From: Rhizobium phage RHph_TM26
Sequence record: MN988465.1
Length of the DNA: 32,000 bases
Direction: 5' to 3' (one strand)
The notes beneath the pieces were generated by a model, which saw only the letters and a list, made by a program, of their open reading frames with translations, had not been told where the DNA came from and did no database searches. The position numbers and the translations under genes are program-made. Positions 25,093 through 32,000 of this stretch are shown here, one piece after another (within the stretch, counting starts at the first letter, position 1; each line of letters opens with the position of its first letter).

Positions 25093-26031
25093 ATGAACGG
25101 TCAGCAGCTTATGGTCGGCGATGCGATGCAGGCAAACCTCGGGTTTGTCAATTCGCAGACCACCTTCATCGAAACGGGCGTGTATCGGGCTCGTTACCCG
25201 GCGATCCGTTACCCGGGTCTGATCCCGGTCGATTATTCCGCGCCGGAATGGATCAAGACGATCACCTACTACAGCATGGACGCCGCCGGTCGTGCTGAAT
25301 GGGTCGCAGATCGGGCATCCGATATCCCGGTTGTCGGCACTTCGATGGAAGGCGCCAACACGGATATCTACATGGCCGGCATCGGCTATGACTACGGCCT
25401 GGAAGAAGTCAACCAGGCAATCATGCTCGGCATGAACCTCCCCGGCGAGCGCGCCGCGACGGCTCGCACCGTCTACGAGCGCACCGTGGACAATATCGCC
25501 TTCCTCGGCGACGTTGAAAAGGGCTGGAAGGGTCTGTTCAACAGCACGGCAGTCGTCGCCGCGTCGGCACCAACCGGCTCCTGGGCGACCGCCACTGAAG
25601 ACCAGATCCTGGCGGATATCAACGATATCCTCAGCGACGTCTATCTGGCCACGAACGAGATCGCAATGGCGGACACGCTGCTGCTCCCCTCGCTCAAGTT
25701 CCAGCAGATCGCATCCAAGCGCCTCGGCGACGGCAACGGCACGCTCACCATCCTGGAGTTCATCCAGCGGGCGAACGTCTACACTGCCGAAACCGGCCAG
25801 CCGCTCAAGATCCGAGGTATGCGCGGCCTGAACACCGCAGGTGCCGGCGGCACGGCCCGAATGGTCGCCTACCGCAACTCCTCGGAAGTCATGAAGATGC
25901 ACATTCCGATGCGTCACCGGTTCCTCCCGGTCCAGATCGTCGGTCTGACCTTCAAGATCCCCGGGATCTTCCGTTTGGGAGCTTTGGACATTCGTCTGCC
26001 CAAGGAAGTGCGCTACAGCGACGGCATCTGA
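25093..26031 (+). CDS. major capsid protein, DUF2184-like
   Basis: IETGVYRARYPAIRYPGLIPVDYSAPEWIKTITYYSMDAAGRAEWVADRASDIPVV... and C-terminal MRHRFLPVQIVGLTFKIPGIFRLGALDIRLPKEVRYSDGI. Confidence 0.85.
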   Translation: MNGQQLMVGDAMQANLGFVNSQTTFIETGVYRARYPAIRYPGLIPVDYSAPEWIKTITYYSMDAAGRAEWVADRASDIPVVGTSMEGANTDIYMAGIGYDYGLEEVNQAIMLGMNLPGERAATARTVYERTVDNIAFLGDVEKGWKGLFNSTAVVAASAPTGSWATATEDQILADINDILSDVYLATNEIAMADTLLLPSLKFQQIASKRLGDGNGTLTILEFIQRANVYTAETGQPLKIRGMRGLNTAGAGGTARMVAYRNSSEVMKMHIPMRHRFLPVQIVGLTFKIPGIFRLGALDIRLPKEVRYSDGI

Positions 26032-26054
26032 TCCGCCGCCGATCCCGTCGCAAA

Positions 26055-26086
26055 AGCCCCGCTCTTTATCCTTGGAGAGCGGGGCT
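26055..26086. terminator. strong hairpin after the major capsid gene; possible attenuator
   Basis: Perfect 11-bp stem AGCCCCGCTCT/AGAGCGGGGCT with a 10-nt loop; no downstream T-tract on + strand. Confidence 0.5.
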
Positions 26087-26130
26087 GAGGCGTCAGGAGA
26101 CTACAGAGTAAGTCCTCAAAGGAGATTATC

Positions 26131-26547
26131 ATGGTTGCCGTTACGAACAAGCATGCCGGCCCGCTCAACATCGCAGGCGTCGAAGCTCGCCCAGGCGCGA
26201 CCGTTGAAGTGCCGGAAAAGAAATTCGAAGCCTGGAAGGGTGGCAACGCCGCGTCCATCTGGATCGAGCAGGGCCTGGTTGTCGAAGGCAAGACCGACGG
26301 CAAGGTCAAGCCCGTCGCTCAGCCGAACCTGTCCACGGTCACGACCGGCGGCACCGGCGATCCCGGCAAGTCGTCCACTGGCGTTGCGCAGGGCTCCAAC
26401 GACGATCTTGCCGGCGACCAGAAGAGCGCCGCCGACGTCCGCGCCGAGAAGCTGGAACGCGCCCGCGCGCTCGGTCACAACCCCAACAACAACGTCTCCA
26501 ACGCCAAGCTCGATGAGATGCTGGCCCAGGGCAAAGTCGGCGAATAA
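26131..26547 (+). CDS. structural-module hypothetical protein
   Basis: 138-aa ORF with AAGGAG SD, lying between the capsid and DUF4054-like genes. Confidence 0.7.
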   Translation: MVAVTNKHAGPLNIAGVEARPGATVEVPEKKFEAWKGGNAASIWIEQGLVVEGKTDGKVKPVAQPNLSTVTTGGTGDPGKSSTGVAQGSNDDLAGDQKSAADVRAEKLERARALGHNPNNNVSNAKLDEMLAQGKVGE

Positions 26548-26948
26548 TGGTTGACACGCCCACCCCGGCTGAATTCAAGGCTCGTTATCCGGAATTTACC
26601 CCGGTTGACGACGCCTTGGTGTCTCTGATTATCCCAGAGGCAAGCCGGTATGTGGACGATGGTTGGGAACAAACCGACCAGAAGCCCGCGATCATGCTCA
26701 TGATCGCTCATTTGCTGTCCATGGACGGCTATCCCGCCCGAGTAACGAACCCGGGCGGCTGGAGCGGCCAAACGGCGGGCCGGGAGATGACGTCTAGGCG
26801 TGTCGGAGACGTTCAGACGACCTACGCCCAGCGCAGTACCGCAGGCGGCAACGGGTCAGCATTCTCGTCAGATCTCCTTTCGACCCTCTATGGGCGACGG
26901 TTCCTGAACCTCATGCGATTGAATGCACCGACTATCGGAGTTGTCTGA
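26547..26948 (+). CDS. DUF4054-like head-tail connector protein
   Basis: TPAEFKARYPEFTPVDDALVSLIIPEASRYVDDGW...AIMLMIAHLLSM. Confidence 0.8.
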   Translation: MVDTPTPAEFKARYPEFTPVDDALVSLIIPEASRYVDDGWEQTDQKPAIMLMIAHLLSMDGYPARVTNPGGWSGQTAGREMTSRRVGDVQTTYAQRSTAGGNGSAFSSDLLSTLYGRRFLNLMRLNAPTIGVV

Positions 26949-27397
26949 TGGCTATGGTCGGGCTGGTTCGCCGCCACCACATCGATATCCAAGCGCCTAC
27001 CGGTCCAAGTCACGTCAAGGTCGGGTTCCCCGCCGGGGTGTCCGATGGAGCGGTGATCAACCGCGCGATTTGGAACCACTACGGAACCTCGGGCGGCGGC
27101 TGGGGCGGTCCGATCCCCGCGCGTCCCTTCATCCTCAACGCGATCCGAGGCAACCGGCGGAAATATCTTGACGCTTTGCGGACGTCGGCGGCTCGGCTCG
27201 TCCGGGGCGAAACGACGCTTCACCAGGTTCTCTCTCGGCTCGGGATCGTCGCCCAAGGCGATATCCAAGCTGAGATTGACAGTGGTAACTTCGCCCCCAA
27301 TTCGCCGGTCACGATTGCCATGAAGGGCTCGTCCCGCCCGCTGATCGACACCGGCGAGATGCGCCAGAAGGTTACATGGCAGGTGAGTGATGATTGA
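26948..27397 (+). CDS. tail completion/HK97 gp10-like protein
   Basis: HVKVGFPAG...NRAIWNHYGT...GPIPARPFILNAIRGNRRKY...PLIDTGEMRQKVTWQV. Confidence 0.75.
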   Translation: MAMVGLVRRHHIDIQAPTGPSHVKVGFPAGVSDGAVINRAIWNHYGTSGGGWGGPIPARPFILNAIRGNRRKYLDALRTSAARLVRGETTLHQVLSRLGIVAQGDIQAEIDSGNFAPNSPVTIAMKGSSRPLIDTGEMRQKVTWQVSDD

Positions 27398-27722
27398 CGT
27401 CGCCGAGGCTATCGATGAAGAAGCCGTTCAGGTCGCCTGGAGGACATTCGCCGCCGATACCTACAGCCATGGTAACTTGGTCCCGGGAGCCGCAACGCCT
27501 TCGACCCTTTGGGCTATGATCCAACCGGCCTCGGGTCGTACCATGAGCGACGTTCCCGAGGGTTTACGTGTGGAAGTCGCGCTCGTTGGTTGGTCCAGGA
27601 CGTCGGTTGCCGTTGACAATGAAATCGATTATGGTGGCGAAACATATCGGGTGGGTTGGGTAAAACCCTGGCCGATGGGCAATTATACCAAGTTCGCCAT
27701 GATGAAAAAGGTCGCCGCGTGA
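27390..27722 (+). CDS. head-tail joining protein, putative
   Basis: ATG 27390; small ORF in the connector position; overlaps the upstream and downstream genes. Confidence 0.65.
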   Translation: MIDVAEAIDEEAVQVAWRTFAADTYSHGNLVPGAATPSTLWAMIQPASGRTMSDVPEGLRVEVALVGWSRTSVAVDNEIDYGGETYRVGWVKPWPMGNYTKFAMMKKVAA

Positions 27723-28216
27723 CTGAGGATCAGGTCCATACCGCTTTGATTGACTGGCTTGAGCCCTTGCTCGGCATCACAGTCATCAAGGCTGACCAGT
27801 CCGGCACCCGGCCCGCTCTCCCTTACGGAATGACCAAGCTCGCCAACAGCGGTCCAGTCTACAAGAACGTGGATAATATTCGTTATCGAGACCAAGGCGC
27901 GGCACCTCTGCCCATGAAGGCAATGCCTCGGGTCGAATACGAATATCTTTACATGTTTTACATCTACGGGACCGCCGGTGTGGATCTCATGAAGCGTCTT
28001 CAGATGGCGAAGGAGCTGCCCGAGACGCAAGAACCCTTGTATCCGGACGTCACGCTGGTGGAGATGGGTCGGATCAACGACGTTCCCGAGCTGATCGGTC
28101 AGCGCTGGGAGCCCCGAGTTCAAACAAACCTTACGGTGCGCACCTTCACTGACGAGGAATTTGATGCCTACGTCATTAAAGAGCAATCTGTTGTCTACAC
28201 GCCAGAAAGGGTATAA
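27719..28216 (+). CDS. neck/tail terminator-like protein
   Basis: GTG 27719 with GTGA overlap; MTEDQVHTALIDWLEPLLGITVIKADQSGTRPALPYGMTKL..., directly upstream of the sheath gene. Confidence 0.65.
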   Translation: MTEDQVHTALIDWLEPLLGITVIKADQSGTRPALPYGMTKLANSGPVYKNVDNIRYRDQGAAPLPMKAMPRVEYEYLYMFYIYGTAGVDLMKRLQMAKELPETQEPLYPDVTLVEMGRINDVPELIGQRWEPRVQTNLTVRTFTDEEFDAYVIKEQSVVYTPERV

Positions 28217-28219
28217 ACC

Positions 28220-29374
28220 ATGGCAAAGCTGCCTTATTCTAGGGTCGTGGACGTTAGCGTCACGCGCACCGATCGCTTCCCGAGCCGTCGTGGTTTCGGC
28301 ACCCCGCTCATCCTGACTCATTCCTCGGTCGTTGGTCAGGTCGATGCGACGCACCTGACCAAGCTCTATGCGACAATCGAAGAAGTCGCCGCCGACTATC
28401 CGGCCAATACGACGGTTTACGCCCAGGCCAACGTCGCCTTCGCCCAGAACCCGCGCCCGTTGCGGGTCAAGGTCGGTTACGTCGCCACGCCGGTCGGCGC
28501 GGACAACGCTGCGAAGAAGGCCGCTTTCATCACGAGTTTGAACGCTCTGATCAACTTCGACACCGCCTGGTACATGGTTACGGTCGATAAGCCGATGCGC
28601 GACCAGGCCTATCTTGACGGTCTGGTCGAGTGGATCGAAAGCAAGAGCAAGATGGCTCTTATCGATAGCAACGACGTGCTGATTCAGTCGCTCGCCGATG
28701 CTACCAACATCGCCGCCCGCCACAAGGGTACGGTGGAGCGCACGGCGATCTTCTACCACACCGATGCCGACGAATATCTGGCGATTGCTGCGGCGGCTTA
28801 TATGGCCACCCGCGTCTTTGACGACGCCAACAGCGCCTACACGGTCAAGTTCAAGAAGGCTCGGCTGTGCTCGCCGGTCGATCTCGGCTCGGCGGCGATC
28901 ACCGTCATCACCGGCTTCATCGAAGGGCTCGGCCAGTCCGAAAGCTCGGGCCACCTCGCCAATACCTACATCGATATCGGCGACCAGGATTTCATCGTGG
29001 AGGGATCGACCCTCACGGAGAACGTCTTCATTGACGAGATCCACGCCACGGATTGGATCATTGCCAGGACCGAGGAAGAGGTTTTGGGCATGTATCTCAA
29101 CAACGCCCGCATCCCCTTCACCGACCAAGGCATGCAGCAGATCGCTTCCGTGCCGCGCGGGGTGATGACCCAGGGCGTGCGAGCCGGGATCGTCGCCCAG
29201 GATCTCAATCCCGAGACGGGCGATTACGAGCCCGCGTTCACGATCACGGTTCCGTCCATCTTCGACGTCGCCGAGAGCCAGCGCAAGGCTCGTATTGCCC
29301 CGGCAATCGCCGTCAATTTCCGCTATGCCGGCGCGGTTCATTACTGCACCGTCAACTACACGATGACCTTCTAA
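28220..29374 (+). CDS. tail sheath protein, DUF3383-like
   Basis: VVDVSVTRTDRFPSRRGFGTPLILTHS...; C-terminal GVRAGIVAQDLNPETGDYEPAFTITVPSIFDVAESQRKARIAPAIAVNFRYAGAVHYCTVNYTM. Confidence 0.85.
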   Translation: MAKLPYSRVVDVSVTRTDRFPSRRGFGTPLILTHSSVVGQVDATHLTKLYATIEEVAADYPANTTVYAQANVAFAQNPRPLRVKVGYVATPVGADNAAKKAAFITSLNALINFDTAWYMVTVDKPMRDQAYLDGLVEWIESKSKMALIDSNDVLIQSLADATNIAARHKGTVERTAIFYHTDADEYLAIAAAAYMATRVFDDANSAYTVKFKKARLCSPVDLGSAAITVITGFIEGLGQSESSGHLANTYIDIGDQDFIVEGSTLTENVFIDEIHATDWIIARTEEEVLGMYLNNARIPFTDQGMQQIASVPRGVMTQGVRAGIVAQDLNPETGDYEPAFTITVPSIFDVAESQRKARIAPAIAVNFRYAGAVHYCTVNYTMTF

Positions 29375-29384
29375 GGAGCGACCG

Positions 29385-29816
29385 ATGGCCAACATTGCTT
29401 ATTCGATGCTCAATGTGGTCGCCACCCTTGATGGTCGGCGAGTCATTGGCGTTATGGACGGCGACAACGCAATTGAGATTTCCCCCGGCGCGGACGTCGG
29501 TACTATGCTCATCGGCGCGGATGGGACGCCCCTTTTCAGCCAGTCGGCTGATAAGTCGGCCACCATCGTTCTGAGACTGAAGCCCAACAGCCCGACGCAT
29601 CGTCAGCTGGTGGAAAAATGGAAGTCTCAGCGCGCTGGTCGCCTCATCGGCTTCCCCTTCGACAAGATCGATATGGGGAGCAACGAGGGCGGCACCGGCA
29701 CAGATTGCTTCATCGCCAAGGCTCCCAACGATGCCGCCGGTGACAAGGCAGTCGTCCGTGAATGGACCATCGTATCGGGGAATTGGACACCCAACGTCCC
29801 TGATCTGAACTCGTAA
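29385..29816 (+). CDS. tail tube protein, DUF3277-like
   Basis: SMLNVVATLDGRRVIGVMDGDNAIEISPGAD..., directly downstream of the sheath gene. Confidence 0.8.
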   Translation: MANIAYSMLNVVATLDGRRVIGVMDGDNAIEISPGADVGTMLIGADGTPLFSQSADKSATIVLRLKPNSPTHRQLVEKWKSQRAGRLIGFPFDKIDMGSNEGGTGTDCFIAKAPNDAAGDKAVVREWTIVSGNWTPNVPDLNS

Positions 29817-29827
29817 GGGAAATTGAC

Positions 29828-30277
29828 ATGGCGGAAAAGAAAATCGGCACCCGGACATTCCGGGTGCGAGAAGTCCTGGCAACCGAGGCTCTGATTGTTC
29901 AGGCGCGGTTGCTTCAGCTTATTGGAGGTGGCGTGGATCGGCTCCCCGATATCCTCGCCGGTATGGGCAGCGACAAGGACGAGGAAGCCAAGGCGAAGTC
30001 GAATGCCGCGATGGTCGGCGCGCTCGCCGATATCTTCGCGAAGGCCGAACCCAGGAAGGTCGCCCAGCTCGCAGCGGATCTCGTCCAGTACGCCGAGGTG
30101 CTTCAGCCCTCGGGTTCCTATGGTCAATGCGATCTCGACCAAGACTTTACCTCCAAGGCTGATCGCAAGTCCCTTTATCCTGTTTTGGGCTTCGTCCTGA
30201 AGGAGGTGCTGGGCGATTTTTTCGGCGACGTCCTAGCAACTGGGACGCTCCAAAAGATAGTAAGGGACTTACAGTAG
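29828..30277 (+). CDS. tail assembly chaperone, zero-frame product
   Basis: 149-aa ORF after the tube gene and before the tape measure gene. Confidence 0.75.
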   Translation: MAEKKIGTRTFRVREVLATEALIVQARLLQLIGGGVDRLPDILAGMGSDKDEEAKAKSNAAMVGALADIFAKAEPRKVAQLAADLVQYAEVLQPSGSYGQCDLDQDFTSKADRKSLYPVLGFVLKEVLGDFFGDVLATGTLQKIVRDLQ

Positions 30278-30468
30278 CAGAAGCGGGTAGGATTGCCCCC
30301 AATCTAAACTTGTGGCTCTGGCGCCCAATATTGTCAGATCCGCCGATCTACACGCAGCGTGACCTTAGAGAGTGGGTCACCCTCGCTGACGTCCTGGATG
30401 CCCATGAGGCTCTAAACCTCAAGGCGGCGGGCTTGGAGAAGGTGAAACGCTTAAATGGCAATAGCTGA
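29828..30468 (+). CDS. frameshifted tail assembly chaperone (-1 ribosomal slippage at T_TTT_TTC, 30217-30223), about 213 aa
   Basis: The -1 frame is open through TAA/TAG-free sequence to TGA 30466-30468, encoding ...NWDAPKDSKGLTVAEAGRIAPNLNLWLWRPILSDPPIYTQRDLREWVTLADVLDAHEALNLKAAGLEKVKRLNGNS. Confidence 0.75.
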
Positions 30469-32000
30469 CGAACTGATCGCCCTACTCGGCTATGAGGTCC
30501 GGGGCGAAGAGAACATCAAGCGATATAACGCCAATCTGGACGCGACCGCCAAGCGCATTACTGCGATGGGGGTCGCGGCTGGCGTTGCTGCCGGCTGGCT
30601 CACCACCAAGCTCATCGGCGGGATCAAGTCCGGGATCGGCTCGCTGGTCGAGACCAACGCCCAATTCGAAACAATCTCCACGACGCTCCTAACCATCGAA
30701 GGATCGGCGGATAAGGCCAAGTCCTCCCTGGCCTGGATCCAGCAGTTTGCCAAAACGACGCCTTACGATCTCGCGAGCGTAAGCGAAGCTTTCGTCAAGC
30801 TGAAGGCGTATGGCATCGATCCGGTCGCCAACGACACGCTGAAGACCCTCGGCGACTCAGCCTCGGCGATGGGCAAGCCCCTCAATCAGGCGATTGAGAT
30901 GTTCAGCGATGCCGCGACCTTCCAATTTGAGCGCATGAAGGAATTCGGCATCACGTCCTCGCAGAAGGGCGACCAGGTCACGTTCAGCTGGGTCAAGAAC
31001 GGTCAGCAAATGACCAAGGTCGTCAAGAAAAACGGCGAGGATATCCGGAAGTTTGTCCTGGAAAACCTCGGCGAGCGCTTCCTGGGCGCCATGGACAAGC
31101 AATCCAAGACCTGGACCGGTCTGGTGTCCAATATCGGCGACACCTGGACCGGCTTTCAAAAGAAGGTCGGTGAAGCCGGGTTCTTCGACAAGATCAAGCA
31201 GAAAGCCCAGGGACTTCTCGACACGTTTCAGAGGCTTCAGGACAACGGCAAGCTCGACCAGTGGGCGAAGCGCATTGGCAACGCCTTGTCCGCTGGGGTC
31301 GATATCCTTTCTGTCATCGCCGAGCGGGCCGGTCGGAACATCGATTTTCTCGTTGAGCATTTCGACAAGCTCAAGCTCCCTCTGGAGATCATCGGCGCTC
31401 TTCTTGGGCGGGTTCTCATCCGCATGTTCCCCTGGGTGACGTTCTTCATCGCCGCCGGGATCGCGGTGGACGACTTCCTGGCCTACCTCCAGGGCGGCGA
31501 TAGCGTGATTGGCAGCTTCATCGAGAGCATGAGCGCGCTCGCCAACGGGGATCTCTCCAAGGCTCCCGAACTGTTCCGCAACCTCGCCACTGGGGTTAGC
31601 GCTTTGGCAGGCGCTAGCATCGTCCTTTGGGGCTTCAAAGGCGCTCTGTCTCCCGTTACAGCGGCGCTCCTCGCCTTCGCCGCCGCCTTCGAAGCGGCGA
31701 AACTCGGTCTGGAATATCTCGACAAGCTGGACAAGAAGGTTGAGGGCATCAAGGCAGCACCCAATCCGAAGGATCAGCCCGGATACATCGAACCGGACGA
31801 GCATGACGCGAACGGCAACATGCTTTATCGGAGCGGCGCGGCCATCGTTGATCGACCCCTACCGCCGAACGTCGCCGATAGCATGACGCCTGATGCGCTC
31901 GATTGGAAGGAGATGATGACCAATCTTGAAGGGAATATGGCTAACGCGAACGGTCAGCCGCCGCTCAATGCGACGCTGAACGATAACAAGCAGGATAATC
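30455..32000 (+). CDS. tail tape measure protein, 5' part; runs off the window
   Basis: ATG 30455 and no stop to 32000: MAIADELIALLGYEVRGEENIKRYNANLDATAKRITAMGVAAGVAAGW...GSLVETNAQFETISTTLLTIEGSADKAKSSLAWIQQFAKTTPYDLASVSEAFVKLKAYG. Typical tape-measure N-terminus. Confidence 0.9.
   Translation, partial: MAIADELIALLGYEVRGEENIKRYNANLDATAKRITAMGVAAGVAAGWLTTKLIGGIKSGIGSLVETNAQFETISTTLLTIEGSADKAKSSLAWIQQFAKTTPYDLASVSEAFVKLKAYGIDPVANDTLKTLGDSASAMGKPLNQAIEMFSDAATFQFERMKEFGITSSQKGDQVTFSWVKNGQQMTKVVKKNGEDIRKFVLENLGERFLGAMDKQSKTWTGLVSNIGDTWTGFQKKVGEAGFFDKIKQKAQGLLDTFQRLQDNGKLDQWAKRIGNALSAGVDILSVIAERAGRNIDFLVEHFDKLKLPLEIIGALLGRVLIRMFPWVTFFIAAGIAVDDFLAYLQGGDSVIGSFIESMSALANGDLSKAPELFRNLATGVSALAGASIVLWGFKGALSPVTAALLAFAAAFEAAKLGLEYLDKLDKKVEGIKAAPNPKDQPGYIEPDEHDANGNMLYRSGAAIVDRPLPPNVADSMTPDALDWKEMMTNLEGNMANANGQPPLNATLNDNKQDN

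Noticed and set aside
24586-25917. 443-aa antisense ORF
   Set aside because: Opposes the cement-like and major capsid genes; low-complexity shadow composition, no motif.
27683-29395. 570-aa antisense ORF
   Set aside because: Longest ORF in the track but opposite the neck and sheath genes; no recognisable domain, explained by GC-rich codon bias.
30250-30256. C CAA AAG as alternative slippery site
   Set aside because: Does not fit X_XXY_YYZ as well as T TTT TTC at 30217-30223, where re-pairing is near perfect at both codons.
30857-31804. 315-aa antisense ORF
   Set aside because: Shadow of the tape measure gene, whose + frame is open across the region.
1-32000. CRISPR arrays, tRNA genes, IS elements, integrase, homing endonucleases
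   Set aside because: I looked for regular spaced repeats, tRNA-like cloverleafs and transposase or endonuclease motifs and saw none I could support. tRNAscan-SE and an HMM search would be needed to exclude them.

Overview
This window is part of a tailed-phage genome (or prophage) with a contractile-tail module. Every supported gene is on the + strand, and many genes overlap as ATGA/GTGA. Four modules are visible. (1) About 0.4-5.7 kb looks like a thymidine-hypermodification cassette: FAD-dependent amine oxidoreductase-like protein, T4-Pnk-like P-loop kinase, an alpha-glutamyl/putrescinyl-thymine pyrophosphorylase (amino-acid:DNA transferase) family protein, a second P-loop kinase, a stand-alone protein resembling the helical domain of 5-hmdU DNA kinase, and a divergent thymidylate synthase/dUMP hydroxymethylase. 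(2) About 6-14.4 kb holds nucleotide metabolism and replication: NDT/DNPH1-like, DUF3310, DnaA domain IV-like, family A DNA polymerase, dCMP deaminase, two MazG-like proteins, VRR-NUC-like nuclease, primase-helicase, 3'-5' exonuclease. (3) About 14.4-16.3 kb has several tiny membrane proteins, a terminator and a repeat-rich non-coding region. (4) 16.3-32 kb holds packaging, head and tail genes. These include a portal protein whose C-terminus looks like the Acb1 (anti-CBASS) 2H phosphoesterase, an SGNH-like virion protein, a DUF2184-like capsid protein, DUF3383-like sheath, tube, a tail assembly chaperone with a probable -1 frameshift at T_TTT_TTC, and the start of a tape measure ORF that is missing from the supplied track. 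The main candidates for follow-up are the modification cassette (possibly making 5-aminomethyl-dU or a new base), the portal-Acb1 fusion, the unannotated frameshift, and the repeated hairpin-plus-motif elements in gene gaps. Family calls were made by recognising motifs by eye. No database search was run.
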